DNA of 62,500 nucleotides, filler included, from Choristocarpus tenellus KU-1152 (GCA_964200185.2; 9 parts of 9 records of this genome joined end to end with filler, not necessarily neighbours in it), one strand, 5' to 3'. Counted from the whole stretch's first letter, positions 27,399-41,474 are shown. Notes: generated by a model from the letters alone, not told the origin. Numbers and translations are program-made.

Positions 27399-29949
27399 GT
27401 GAGACAGATCAAACCACCAAACCAAGTATGGGCAGGAGCGATTGCTCCTGTGCGTTGAGGTGAAGTACTGGAGTATTTTCAGGTGTTCAGCCCGAGCAAA
27501 GTGCGAAGAAGATGTAGAGCATTGCAATCCTAGAGAGGGCAAGGCGTTTCAAGTTCCCTTATTGAGTTGGGCCGTAATACCCCCCAGCGAATGCTCTCCT
27601 CAAAATTGTGTTCAGGTGGATTGAGGGTTTTGATGTAACCTAACACTGACTAAATACGTACTCATCAGAACAGCATATCCCCTCTAGCTTCTGGTGTTGA
27701 AGGAATCTGGGCCTTTTTTTTTTAGAATTAAAATTTTCCTACCTAAAGGACCGTTACACAACAAGTCCAGCGGCAGTGGTCACTGATAGTGACCGTAAGA
27801 CTGGTAGAGGTTCTAAAGTGATATTACGAGATGGGAAGTCTCAAGAGTGTTTGTGTTCAAGTATGTGTGTGTGTGTCGAGTACCATCCTTTTGTGTACCT
27901 TTATCACCAGGGGGTGGTTGGTGTGCCTAGACAGACTTTGTACATGTTTTGCAACAATGCTGCGAAATTCCGGGGGCGCAGTGGCCGCCACAGGAGCAAC
28001 CAGCGTCTCCAGACCTGTTCCACAACATTCTAGTGAAGACTATATCGTCCCCCCTTCTGTGTGCGACCTCTTCTCTTGTGGTTTGATATCCAGAGTGTGG
28101 TCGACTTGAGGCGAGTTAGATCGTATTTGGGAGATGGGTCTGATAGTGTCTCTGAGGTTGATTGGTAGTAGATGTTACATTATAGTCAAATCTTTGAGGT
28201 ACGTTGAAGTAGGAGACAGAACGCAAGAGAGGTGGGATTGAGCACAGCTAGCCCTCTTGGGTGCATAGGCAAAACTTTTTAATGACTTGCTCCTGCTCAT
28301 GCTCCGTCCCATCCCGGCAAATGTCCTGATTCTTGGTTTTCCACTGCATGGTGTAAGGCGTGTGGGGGACATCACAAACAAAGACAAGAACGTTGCTCCG
28401 GAGAGGAAGGGGGAGAGGGGTCAACCGAAGAGGTAGCTGCATCAGGCATCATTCCATTGCCTCTGATTGGCCTGGGATTGCATCTGCATTGGGGCTGCAT
28501 CGCCCCCTGTGATAGGGGGTGGTATGTCAATTGTACCCTTCCTCACTAGCACAAGAATATTCGTACTTGATATAAGCTGGTATCGATAGACACAAGCAGT
28601 AGTGTTTGCCTTTCTTTATCTTTTTTTTCAAGTCCACTTCTTTGCTCGGGCATGGACATGATGGAGTCTTCACGTAGTCATCTCCACAACAAAGAAGTAG
28701 GGGGTACATATGTCTGTGTGCGTGTGTGTGTGTTGGGGGTTTTTGTAGTTCATGTCTGTTTGATGCTCAGTCAGGTATGTGCCCAGGTGTACCTTTTCCC
28801 CATGTGCGAGATCCCGTGCGTCTCAAGAAGGTACAGGCATCACAACAAGAGTACTTTGTGCTCACACACGACTCTTCCGCAGGCGTGTCTATCCCGCATT
28901 TACATTTACATATATACAGTACATAAACAAAACAAAAGCCGGTGCATTATCAATAAAGTATTCTTGTAGACTTAGTTGCAGAAGGTGTGAAGAGGATGGT
29001 CTGCGATAGAAGAGAAGGGGAGGTGGTTTGAGGAGGTAGGGGTCTGAGATCGTATGACAGCCTGGGGCTCATAGAAGCACAAGGGAAAGTTTAAATCTTA
29101 CACATGAACAGGTTGGAAGCAAAAACAGGTTGGTGTCCCTGAGGATTTGCTGTGTGTGGAGTCAGTAGAGTATGCACACCCCAAAGATTATGCTTTTGTG
29201 AATCCAAGTGGATCGGTGTGAGTGGGTGTGCATTATTAGCGAGATATTTGAATGAAGTTCTTGTGGGTTGTTTCTCGAGTCTAATTGCTGCTGGTTTGAT
29301 GGAGCACACCTCGCACCATGAATTCTTTCTTGTTTTTTATTTTTTGTGGTGATACTCTTGTATCAATGGATTTCGAGCTATGCATACCTAGATGTGATTT
29401 GTGAATGGACAGAGAATGACATAATAGCATCAAACAGTTAGACTGTGGCTGCAAAGGTTGCAATTTTATCAGAACCCTCAAAACTTTCAACTGTGCAGCA
29501 AATGCTTGGGGGGGGTGGAGAGGCGGGAGGACAAGTTGGAGATAGGTGGGAGTCTCGTCAGTTGTCCGATAGGTTGCATTTATTAATGCATCAGCCCAAG
29601 CCTTTGTATACAAAGGGTGGATGGGTTGTCAGGTGGGAAGATAGCATAGTCTGAGCGTTGTACCAATCTTTATAACTGCCTTTAGTCTGGGGACTATCCC
29701 GATACATGGTCAGAGGCGCTACACACTGCACTTCTAATACTAATTACTCCTGTAGCTAATTTTGTTCTGTGTAACTAATTATACAACTCCCATTGATGCC
29801 TTCCCATGTGTTGTGTTGATCCATCTCACCTCTTGTCGCTCTGCCTCCATCAAATCTTGTACTGCTGGACCCACTTTGATATTGGTCTGTAATGAAGCCT
29901 TGCCCTCGTTTTTTGGGTTTTCTACGTCTTTTGTGGTGTAGCAGAAGAC

Positions 29950-30300
29950 GGGATAGTGCAGGTAGATGTATAATACGTAGTGATAGCCATGTGTATTATT
30001 GCAGACGTTTTTGGAGACCAAAGGTCTCCAAAAGCGAGAGATGGCAATTGAACCCGCAGATTATTGTTAAGCTAAAGCACTATATTTCGATTTGCCACTC
30101 AAGAAGCTATGAAGATGCTCATAGTCATGACACAGGAGTTAGTATCAAGAGTACATGGGACCACATACTCACCAACTGGCGGACATAAAGATCATCTTTG
30201 TAGGGTATCCCCCGTTCTTTGAGGGACTGCCAAAGTAGTGCTTGTGAGTGGTGGTGGTGTGATCAATGGGCTGAACGACAGGGTAGATTATTTTGACATT
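29950..30300 (+). mobile_element. Possible hAT transposase relic
   Basis: HSHDTGVSIKSTWDHILTNW loosely resembles the hAT SHTGxxIxxxLxxxLxxW motif; very degenerate. Confidence 0.3.
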
Positions 30301-30934
30301 TCTTCTGTGTTTGAATTCTTATATCGACATCTCCTCGAACTTTATTTCTACAATTATTGGCACCATTTGGCTCGTGCTGATTCATTTAACAGTGGATTTT
30401 CAAAATTGAGGAAGGAGCGGGACTACGAGGATGGTTGTTTTGCGAAAACGGTCNNNNNNNNNNNNNNNNNNNNNNNNNNNNNNNNNNNNNNNNNNNNTTA
30501 ATTAATTAANNNNNNNNNNNNNNNNNNNNNNNNNNNNNNNNNNNNNNNNNNNNTTTGTGCTAAATCGCCCGAATACGAGAATTCCGGTACAAAAGTCTAT
30601 TTTTTTGCATGCCTAAAAACGCTATACAAAATGGGATTTGGTACATAAACGTTGGCATAAAATCGGGGTAGGTACTGTATACCTTTGATAGATTTTGTTA
30701 TATGAAGTGGATATTCTATAGTGTGATGTTCTGACCTACTTTGCGTTCTAATTTACTATTTGAAGGAAGAAAAAAAGGCCATGAATCGGTTAATCGGATT
30801 CACTCGTGCTGCTTCCTCCCATTCAAACGTCTGGAAACGTCTAAATACAACGCCCACGAAACCTGTCTATAAAATCACTTCCTCCTAGTTTAACAAAGTT
30901 CGAAAAGTTGGAAAAAATAAGTATATTTGCAGTG

Positions 30935-32195
30935 ATGACAACAATGCGTTGTCAGAATTTTCCATCGAATTCCATGTGGAACAAGAGTGTGTTCTCGGTG
31001 TGTTACGAAGAACCACAGAAGACCTCCAGCAGCCAACATCCCCAACCCCCAACTCCATTTCCAACACAAGTAAAGTACTCAGGCAACACACAAGTTTACG
31101 TAGAAGCAGGGATGGTTTGCTCGCAAGTCAATTCTAATTTCGTGAGTGTTAAGCAGGAAATGTGCCTGAATGACGGAGCTGAGACCTCCAAGGTAGGGCA
31201 AAAACGCCGGAGGTTAGAGAAGCCATCAGAAAATAAGCGCACGGCCAAGAGTGTATCGTTTAGTGGCGAGGACGAGATACTGGGGACAGCACAGGTATAT
31301 GATCGCACCTCCTCCACTGTATCGCTTCCGAGAACCAGGACTGCTGTGGGGGGTCAGGGCTTGGGAGGACCACTTAAACCAGGAAGGTGCAATTTGGAAG
31401 GCATCTGGCAACGAAGTCATGGTTTCAACTGGACGGCAATGTTGGAGATATCTGGCATTCCGAAAGAGGATGTCCCCTTGCAGGTGATAATAACAACCTT
31501 GAAATGCTTTATCTAGAGTTCCATGGTATGTATGTGCATGCAAGGTTCGACTGATCGGTGAGCTTGTGGCTGTAGGGCTACACGCCACATCTGCGCATCC
31601 TTCACCAGAGTCGATGCCGTACATTAGTATCATCTCCTGACCGCCAACGGTGAAGCATACAACATCGTTACCCTTGACTCATCTCCATGTCGGTCTAACG
31701 CTCGTGCTGTCGTGACAGGCTGCCCGAATGCAATCTTCATCGGTGCTACACGTCATCCAGCACAATGACCAGTACTTTCATTTGACCATCCGGTCGGACC
31801 ACGGGGTTGAGGAACAGGAGTTCTATATTGGGGCTATTCCTCAGACTGTGTTGGGTACGAATTCGGCGATCGCTGCAGGGATGTCCTGGGGGAGAAACGG
31901 TAGGTCACTTGACGTCAACAGTATCGACTATGAGTCTGGTGATAGGATGACCGTGTCACGGCAACTCACAAATGGTGGACACACGCTTGTGCAGAGGTAC
32001 AAAGCAACGAGAGGAAACACTGGCGAAGTGGTCGAGGCGTTGTCAATATTCAGAAGGATGCTTGCTGTACCTGTAAGTAGTTTGGGTGTGGCCTCTGGGA
32101 GATTTCAGCACGCTACCGGAAACAACATGCGTTGTTATGGACCGGATCAATCGTTGAGCAACAATTATCATGGCACCGCATTTCGGCCTGTGTAG
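30935..32195 (+). CDS. Two-exon protein of about 341 aa (30935-31483, 31719-32195): disordered N-half with NLS-like and RVxF-like motifs, C-terminal FABP/calycin-like barrel
   Basis: Phase-0 intron CAG|GTGATA...CTAAC...GACAG|GCT. NLEGIWQRSHGFNW resembles the FABP GxW motif, followed by alternating beta-strand patterns ending SRQL...TLVQ...SIFRR. Confidence 0.75.
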
Positions 32196-34989
32196 TAAGG
32201 GCTTGTAGGCCCCACCCTTGTAATGACTCGTGTGTGTGAATGGTTTCCCCAATACTGTATTGCTGGTGTATTCAGTTATTGATTGCTATAGTGTATGTGA
32301 GTGTTTCCCACCTTCTGGTGGCACACCGCCAACCACACTGCCTTGCACACTGACGGTATGGAATATAGCATAGCTTCCATAGTTCCAAGTTGTTGAAAGG
32401 TTTGACACATGTAGATCGCATTGTGGTTTTTGTGTGAAACAACCCAAATGCAACACTATTATAATTGTGAAGACTGTGGATTAGTACTCGGAAACAGGGT
32501 TGAGTAAGCACAACCTTGGTGAGTCCGATTGACTAGGTTTTGTCAAGGATATTGTAGTAGTGTAATGTGAGGTGTGCGAGTGGTATGGAAGACATATATA
32601 TATTCCCGATCACATCGCATTTCGATTTTGTTAGTAGTACGGGAAATAGTCGATTAGTCACGTGGTAAAATGATACACTTCCAGGAATGGTACTCAGATG
32701 ACCTTGGGCATTGGAGAACTACAGCTGGTGGCTATGTGTGGTGTATATATAGATGATGTTCTCACTTCATGAAGAGGAGATGAGCAACAACTACCTTGGT
32801 TGCAGTGTAGCAGCAACCAATGTGGGAGGTGTTCTATCCCCTCGCAGGCAGCACATTGGGTTTTGTCAAGTAAATAAAATGCTTAAAATACCCTACCTGT
32901 TTGTAAGACATGACAAGATATTCCCTTCACCTGTTAACCTACCTTCCTACAATTGCATCACGAAGAAACACACATAAATACGGCAAAGAGTGATCCGACC
33001 TCAAAAGAGAGAGTCGTAGGCGATTTCAAAACCTCCACTTTGCAAATAATATTTGAAATATTTATATTTTTAAATGTGTTACTACCATCTTTATATATCT
33101 GTAGCAGTTATCACTAGACATGAAGGGTGTCGATATCTGTGGCTATCGTCAGACACCCCAATGCAGGCAATGTTGTCCCATCTTTGCTTCTCTGTGCGGC
33201 AAAGGTACACACTTGTGACAATGTCTATCACAAGTTTGTGAATGGTTATGTTGCTTAGGCGTTGTACTCTCGAGTAGACCAGATGTAAGGAAAAAACGTT
33301 AGTGTGTGCAAAAGGCTCCAACCTGCCTGCCCCTCGATTGGTTTGGCTCGCTTGTCAAGTGTTCCATGAAAGTCAAATTTCCTGAGAAAGAATTCTGACC
33401 CGTGCAAAACCAAGGTTTAAACCTGGGTACCCTTGACGGAAAACAGGTGGACAACCACTTGAGGTACAAGAATAATGCATTGCGATTATGGAGGGCTAGT
33501 CCTACCAGACCTTAGCCACATAGCCCTTGTCCGTGCCAGTGGTGCTACACCCATCCCCATAGTTAAACCAACTCCAGCCCTAATTGTTAAATCGTTCTTT
33601 TTACAATTTTGTGCTCCGGAACAGCAGGTACACGTTACGTGTTCGGGGGTGTGGGTGGCACCACCCCACCCCAGCTGCATGGCCTAGGACCGAGAAGTAA
33701 CTGTAGCCTGAAATGTGTAGGTAGGCGAACATGGGTCGCTAGGTCAGATGATACATAGGTAGTAAGTACTCTAGAGGTTCGTATGATAAGCAGTATTGTA
33801 TAATTTGTGTTGATAATGGTGAAAGCAAGCATAGATGGATCGTTCAGCGGTGCACGATGATGATCGAGGAATGGTCAGATGGTGAAGGCGAAAAGGCAAG
33901 AAGGAAGGCAGGCGAAAAGAGGCGCGTGATAAGAGACGTAAAGATAAGGAACAGCAGTGGGGCTTCGCAAGTGGTCCCCCACCATAGTACTGGTCCGACG
34001 CAGCTTAACTTCACAGAGCAGACAGGATGTGGTGCGATCTGCGCGGTAGTACCATTCCTGTCAACACCCACACCACCCCCATGTGTAAATCCACGCCACC
34101 CTCCCACAGGTACAACAAAAGAACAACGGAGTCTCCTCTTCTTCGTGTCTTGTTGCTTGCACACCGGGCAGGTCAAATTAGAACAGAAACGCTTTCCGTA
34201 CCGTTCAATAAAAATATAAATCATTCTCTCCTCAGAAATCACTCGCCACCACTCCATGGCTCAGTGCCCAAGAAATGTTGCTCCTCGAGTCACCTATTGA
34301 TATCTTGTGCACAGTTGTTGGGCAGCTAAAACACGGACGAAGACAGAGAAACGGCCTTGGGCTCAGCCGGCCAGGTGATGAACTCACCTGGGATTTCCTA
34401 GCAGTAGTTTCCAAGGTGCTAATTTTCTGGGATGCCGCCAACAGAGTACTACTGTTGTGGGGTAATAATCATCTCGCCCCACACCACCAACCAAGCCTTC
34501 GTTCGGGGACTAGGGGACACGTCGCAGTCATACAACAAGATATACGTATCGTATACACCATCACCATCAACAATACCCCACTTTTATTGCGTCCAACACA
34601 TGCATCCTTTATATACCTTGATGCACTGATGATGGCTCCATGTCTTTATATCTCGACATTGTGTTGTATGTATCATACCTATCTATGCATGCGTGTGCGT
34701 ATAAACGTATGCTAGTATGTACATATAAAAAATATATGCAAAGATACAGACAAAGATACAGACAAAGATATAGGGGATCATTTTGACAGGGGATAATCCC
34801 ACCACCCATGACTTCTGTCCCTCCTCCTGGTTCCATAATGCCCATCCACAAAGTTTAAGTAACCCTTACCCTAGATATAAGAGGTACATACATGTGGTTG
34901 TTGAAGAGTGATACACCTATAGAGCGTAAGTCCTGCTATTCCATAGGCAGTTTCCCTCTTGGATGAAGGCAGTCACTAGATCACGTAGC

Positions 34990-35311
34990 ATCTACTGCTC
35001 TCTCTCTATTTTTTTTATTTCAAAGTATGGGCTTTTCCCCACCATCAATGTTGTTGCTGAGTCGATTAAAATGCCATGGCATCAAGAAGTAAGTCCTTGA
35101 TATTCTTAACCCAGGTAAGACAAACAAAAGCGACCCTTGCTATCCTCACCAATGATGAAAGGTTGACGACAACCTTGGCTATTGTCTGCCCCTGTGCCTT
35201 GTGCATCGTGGTATCCCAGCACAAGGTAATAGACACCTGCAGTTGCCATACGCGATTGTGGTCTTCTACATCAATTGTCATGTTCACCCCACAAATTCCG
35301 CTAGTTATCAT
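34990..35311 (-). mobile_element. PIF1-type helicase C-terminal relic (probably Helitron)
   Basis: QVSITLCWDTTMHKAQGQTIAKVVVNL...AFVCLTWVK matches the PIF1 QxPLxLAWAxTxHKxQGxT...YVxLSRV motifs, with substitutions. Confidence 0.8.
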
Positions 35312-35359
35312 GTAAGAAAGTGATGCATGCTATGAGTAGAGGATAGATACCTTGTGGTG

Positions 35360-35532
35360 GGCACAAAGTACATGGGGGGGGTCGCGACGGTCCATTTGGG
35401 GTCGATTTTCCATGTCCAGATTTTGGGGTATTTAGATTGAATGCATCGGATGGATAACGTAAGTGCACTTTTCCTGGTCAAGGCCCAAATGGACACCCTT
35501 GTGTAGACTCCCCCCCCCAGATACTTTGAACC
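35360..35532. mobile_element. MITE family A
   Basis: GGCACAAAGTA...ATACTTTGAACC, flanked by GGTG/GGTG. A paralogous empty site near 41185 has a single GGTG. Confidence 0.9.
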
Positions 35533-35705
35533 GGTGGAGGTTGTGGACATATTCTCTGAATATATTCCACCCAGGTGTGCATCAATGTACACATAAGGCA
35601 GAGTAAAATCGAGGTCTCGAAAGGGGGCGACAACTCCAGGCTATCAATGCAAAGACAGACAGCAGAGTCCTCTACCCTTCCCAAATAAAAAATAATATAT
35701 TGTGT

Positions 35706-35879
35706 GGCTCAAAGTATCTGGGGGGTGGGTGGCAGCTGTCCATTCGGGGTCCATTTTTCCATGTCGCGATTATTGGGTGATTTGGTTGCTTGCGTCAGAT
35801 AATGTAAGTGCACTTTTCCTCGTCAGGGCAAGAATGGACACCCTAGTGTAGACCCCACCCCCCTCGGATTCTTTGACCC
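35706..35879. mobile_element. MITE family A
   Basis: GGCTCAAAGTATCT...GGATTCTTTGACCC, flanked by TGT/TGT. Confidence 0.9.
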
Positions 35880-36275
35880 TGTCTAGTCTGCGTTAGGAAC
35901 TATTCTATGTGTGATATAGGATGTAACGTATTCATTCTATATGCTAGGTACAGGCTACGAATCTATGAACAATTATAACAACCAAAATAAAGAGTGAATA
36001 GGGGGTAATGACAACATACAATACAGGGCCGTATAGAGTAGGTATGGACATGACAGTACAGTCACTCACCAAGGGAACACTACGAGGAAGTATGACCGCC
36101 GTCACAAGGTGATGATGCTGAGAACTGTATCAATGTGTCCGTAGGAGTAGCCTATGTTACAAACACTACAATATGACATGAAAACAGAGTCATGATGAGG
36201 TTGACAAGGATCTGTGCTAGACATAGATCGTAATCCCTTTACTCAGACGATAGACTGCCATACAACTACGTCAAT

Positions 36276-36535
36276 AAGACAAACCAATTAAGACGTAGGT
36301 TGGGTTGGCCTTCAAGATTTCCAGGAAAGAGCAAAACGACACCATTTTGTACAATCGCACAATGGACCTTTGCTGATTTGTGGTGTCGCTTTGTGTATGG
36401 AAAGGGGGGTATGAATTCTGTGTAAACTGTTGTGCACATAAAGCAATGAAATAGATTGTATTGCACAAAGTAAAACAAATATGGCTTAGAATGCAGAAAG
36501 GTCCAAACCTCTATATTTCTCAATTGGTTTGGCTC
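36276..36535 (+). mobile_element. MITE family C
   Basis: AAGACAAACCAATT...AATTGGTTTGGCTC, flanked by CAAT/CAAT. Confidence 0.82.
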
Positions 36536-38313
36536 CAATGCAAGATACATAGAGTATGCAAAGAGAATATGGTTCCAGTAATTACATATTCTCAAGTCAA
36601 GACTGTTTGAGATTAGAAGTTTACTGGTCGTCCAATCCGTCTACTCTGCGATAGACTGTGCAACCCGTTCTCGGTATTGTGGGATTAGTTGTGGTCATTT
36701 GTGAAGATCACAGGAAGATCTACAACAACAAACATAAGGGAATACAATATTATTTGTGGATGAACGACGACCAGGACCAGTTCTATGTCCGACAACGCCA
36801 TCAATAGTATACTGACCAGCAAAGGTTTGAGATGTTTGTGGGCTACGTCCGCCAACGGAAACGGTTTTCCGATAAATATATAATACTGCTCAAAATTAGG
36901 TCTGGTGTGGGACGTTGGACTTGTGGATACTATAGTAAGGTGCCATTCCACCCAATAGAAGGAAAAAGGACGTTGGGTCCCAGGTAATACGGCCCTGTAA
37001 ACGATAAGTGATACCTTAGAATGTACTTCATACGGACCCCTTTAGTGGTGATGTATGTATCTTAGGATTCGGACCATCAGTACTGTCATGTGGTGTATGG
37101 CCACATACAACTTTATAACACAAACTTATGAAAAGAGGAACACAAGACGTCGATTGGCACGCTCTTGGCTTTCAGCCTGTTCATGGAGGTTGTGTTGTGT
37201 CAACTTGTATGCAAGCTGTCAATTACCTATGGTTTGCCGAGTGAACTCATCAGTGGTGATGTTTGAATGAGTGTTTGCCGAACCAAGAAAAACAGCAACG
37301 GGGGTCAAAGTATCTGGGNNNNNNNNNNNNNNNNNNNNNNNNNNNNNNNNNNNNNNNNNNNNTTAATTAATTAANNNNNNNNNNNNNNNNNNNNNNNNNN
37401 NNNNNNNNNNNNNNNNNNTTACTTCCCCCGCAAATTTTTTAATATCCAAACAACCCACCTCCCACCTATCCCACTTACCAACCCCAGGGGGGAAACCCCC
37501 CCCCCCCCCCCCCCCCCCTTCCAATTATCTCTATCATCTTATCATCAAAAAGAAAAATCACAACAACAAAAATGACTAGAATAAAAATTTAATAATATAT
37601 ATATCCAACCTTCTACCGGTTCTCCTTGATGTTGTTCTCGAACCAAAAATAGAGAAGAAATTTGCAAGTCTTTTCTTTATCTCTCTCTCTCTATATATAT
37701 ATATGTATGTATATAACTATATATTTAACTTTTTTAAAATCAAATCTAAAAGAAAAAACTCTCTCAAACGATGCACTCACTCCGATCAACAATAACATCA
37801 GAAATACACAACCAATCTACCTCTTAACAACAACATCAATAATACACAAGAGGACCAAAACGCCATCACCCAACCAACCCCTTCCACACGCCTCCAACAC
37901 AAGAACTCCAACTCCAACAACGCCTCCAACAACAACCCCCCCAAAAAATCTAATTTCCAACCAACTCTCTCTCCTGGCTCGTTGTGACAGCAATAATCTA
38001 TCCTCTCTCTCTCTCTCTCTCCAAACCAGTACAGAACAACAACTACAACAAAAACAGGGGCACAAAAAAAAGAACGCTTTCCACACCTCGGAAGAGGGAT
38101 CCAACTTCTTTTTTTTTTCCCATCCACGTGAATAAAAAACGCCACCTTACGGCGTACAAACGTGTCCACTACTTTTTTATTTTACTTATATTTTTATTTT
38201 TCCTTAACGATACGGGACTGCTTCACTTGTGACAATGAAGAACGCCTGCATTGGCAACGATGGAGGACTTTCCCATTTAATTCAGTATTTTATCATTCAA
38301 CATGAAGACCCAC

Positions 38314-38380
38314 AAACCCTAACCCTAAACCCTAACCCTAAACCCAAAGACCCACAAACCCTAACACTAAAACCTAACCT
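38314..38380. repeat. Short interstitial telomere-like (CCCTAA)n tracts (also about 39384-39397 and 40461-40500)
   Basis: AACCCTAACCCTAAACCCTAACCCTAAA read directly. Confidence 0.75.
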
Positions 38381-38767
38381 CATGTTCCTACACCCAGAAG
38401 CAGAACAGGAGGAGGCAAGAAAATGGAGAGAAACAAGGCAAGGGGGCAGAGCAATCCCTCCGAGATTTACTCAGGAAAGAAGTGAATGAGGGGGGTTTTG
38501 CAAGGTCCCCTCAAACCACCCAGTATTTACTTACTTCTACTGCTTCAGGTAGATGTTACCTTCAACATGCAAAAACAAGTGTCATATGAGTATCAGATTC
38601 TTCAAGATAGGTTGGTTACCTTAAAGGTATACCTTATTCGGAAGATGGCTCTCACACACCCCACCTACTTTGTTTTCTTTTTCTTTTTTGTTTTCTGTGC
38701 ATAACCGGCTCTTTTTTCTGTTTTTTTATTTTATTGTTCTCCTGTCGAGATCTTACCTTTTCTTTCT

Positions 38768-38870
38768 CACCACCACCACCACTATTATTATTACTACTAT
38801 TACTATTATTACTACTATTACCACCACTACCACTACTACTACGACTACTACTACTACTATCAATACTACA
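38768..38870. repeat. Compound trinucleotide microsatellite (ACC/ATT/ACT)n
   Basis: Read directly. Confidence 0.9.
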
Positions 38871-39752
38871 TTACCTACCTTCTCTGACCACAGGTCCATT
38901 TACATCAAACCATAGGGATTATCGTATCATGACAATGGTTCCACTAGTAATAATATTATTAATAATAAATGATATATGATGTGAAAATAATAATGGCAGA
39001 GCCATCAGGTCTCAGCAGGGATTACCACATCGTAACAACAATTATAATAAAAAAAAAAAAGTAAGACATGGAGTAATATTATTAATAATAAACAATATAT
39101 GATGTAATAATAATAATAACGGCATAGCCATCAGGCCTCATTCAGATCAGTACTTGGACACCTTTCGGGGAGGATGATGAGGATGATGAGGATGATGAGG
39201 TCTTTAGGTGCAAGAGAAAAGAGAGAGGCAAGTCCTAACCCTATCCCTAATGTAAACAAAAACAAACCACTTACCAGACACTGTTACCCAACTGTCACAT
39301 ACATTTTAATACAAGCCTAACGAGCTATATTAAAATCAAGATCAAAATCTTCACCAATCGCGAAACACGAAACCATCTCAAACTAACCCTAACCCTAGTT
39401 TCAAACACTAGATGGAACCAACACAGACATTTACCAATGTCATTACAAGATCTCCCACTCCCCAGAAGCACAAGGAAAATTCCAATGTCATCACAAGGAA
39501 AATTCCACTGCTTCTACTCATAAGTCACAAGGAAAAAAAAACACACACACACACAAACACACACAAACACAAACAGGACAAAAAGTACTTACATCAGCGC
39601 ATTCTTCACTGTTGGTTCAGTGGCAAAAATCAGGGAAGCAGGGGGGGGGGAGATGTGGAAGAGCACTATCACAACAATTTATAAAACTTACAATAAAAAA
39701 GTAAAAGAGCCAGCGCACTCGATAAAAACACCATGCAACTGTCTATGTATAC

Positions 39753-39869
39753 CTGGATCGACCACGAAAGCTCCTTCACATAGTAGGGGGCGCTAAGACT
39801 CTCAGGATAGCTCTTCACAGCCTGGGCTGCTTCCTCGATTGTTGACCCCTCGCCCCAGAGCTCCATCAC
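39753..39869 (-). CDS. TRMT11: Single internal exon resembling tRNA (guanine-10-N2)-methyltransferase
   Basis: VMELWGEGSTIEEAAQAVKSYPESLSAPYYVKELSWSIQ, bounded by TTTTAG and GT, resembles the TRMT11 ELWGxG...YP segment. Other exons not found. Confidence 0.55.
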
Positions 39870-41218
39870 CTAAAATTTTGACATCTCTATATATAAATAA
39901 GAAGAATAAAATCTGATACGCACACACACACAGATATATATATATATGCATTTTTTTCATTGGGCAGGAAAGGTCGAAAGGCTCACTCTGATTGGCCAAA
40001 AGGCATCCCATCAATCGCAACATAGAGGATTAATAAAGTATAGCACCAGTCAATCAAGTCTAAGAACGACGCGATGTCCCCCATCCCCGAAATGCAAAGC
40101 TCAAGGGTATATACATATGTAAGGTACATGTATACCTCAAAACGTGTTGAACTAGCCAACACCTCAATAGTAATAGTAATAGTAATAATAATAATAATAG
40201 TCTGAACGAGCGGTTACACGAGAATTTCTCTCAATAATCATTCTACACTGCAATAAATAATAAACAATAAACAATAAAATTTTTAAAAAATTAAAAAAGA
40301 AGAGAAATGTCGGCGGCAGCAGAAACTGTGAACTCAATCCTGTTACCATTTAACCATTTGATTCGGGAACAATCTTGTACCGTTACCTTGTGCCGTTACC
40401 ATTTAATTATTAACACCTCATTGACCTTACAGGGGCCCTATCACTACCTTGAGGTACGTGACCCTAACCCTAACCCTAAATCTAGCCCTAACCCTAACCC
40501 TTGACCACTACTGTGCTACCATTTTCGGTCGGCTAGCAATGCGTTACACTTTCACAGGTGATCTTCTCATGAAGTCAAACCCTCCTGCACTGGACTATCC
40601 ACCACACCCCCCCCCACACCCCCCCCCCCCNNNNNNNNNNNNNNNNNNNNNNNNNNNNNNNNNNNNNNNNNNNNTTAATTAATTAANNNNNNNNNNNNNN
40701 NNNNNNNNNNNNNNNNNNNNNNNNNNNNNNCCCCTCCCAGATACTTTGTGCCTAAGACGTATGTATAATTTAATCAGTCAGTTTTGGGGTGGCTTATGCA
40801 TTGTACTGAATGTCGATTAGTTGTTGCACATGGAGCTGAGCATCATGCTCGGTTCTGAAACCTCTTTTTCTTGCATCACCTTGAACGGAGAGAAGGGACT
40901 TCCTGATCCTTGTTGCTCCTATCCTTCCTGTTGAAATCTTGAATTGGATGAAGTCGTGCTCCTAAGTGCAGTTTGACAATGATATGTTGATTCAAATAAT
41001 GTGCTTTGTGTAGAGGCTTGGGGGCTTGTGGTAGCGAAGAGGTGGCCCAGTGCACTGACTAAGTCTAATGAAAAAAGAGTAGTGATATGCTCTGCAAGAG
41101 GTTTTGTTACTGTTCAGCACAGTACTAGTCAGTGCTGTTGTGTAGGATAGTGATGCGTACTCTGAGTAGAGGCTTGCTACCTTGTGGTGAAGGCTGTGGA
41201 TGTGCTAATTCTGAATAC

Positions 41219-41474
41219 GAGTCAAAGTATCTTGGAGGGTAGAGCCGCGTCCGTTTGGGGGCCAAAATCCAATGTCCCGAGTTTAATGTAATTTTGGCTA
41301 TTGTGTATGTTAGGAAGTGTCCATATCCTTGTTCCGGAAATACCCTTTCATAACGTACACATTTTCCTGCTCCAAAAATTCAAGAGTAGGAAAATGTCAT
41401 CAAAAACCTGTGGGAAGCCAAGCCCCAAACGGACAAACAGGACAAAACTACTACCCTCTAAGATACTTTTACTC
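41219..41474. mobile_element. MITE family B (opposite orientation to 10696)
   Basis: GAGTCAAAGTATCT...AGATACTTTTACTC; flanks TAC/TAC. Confidence 0.9.

Noticed and set aside
34232-34455. Possible minus-strand exons (STLLAASQKISTLETTARKSQ)
   Set aside because: Splice signals are plausible, but there is no recognisable product or consistent gene model.
37662-38979. Several ORFs with poly-Thr, poly-Leu or poly-Phe runs
   Set aside because: Produced by microsatellites and low-complexity sequence.
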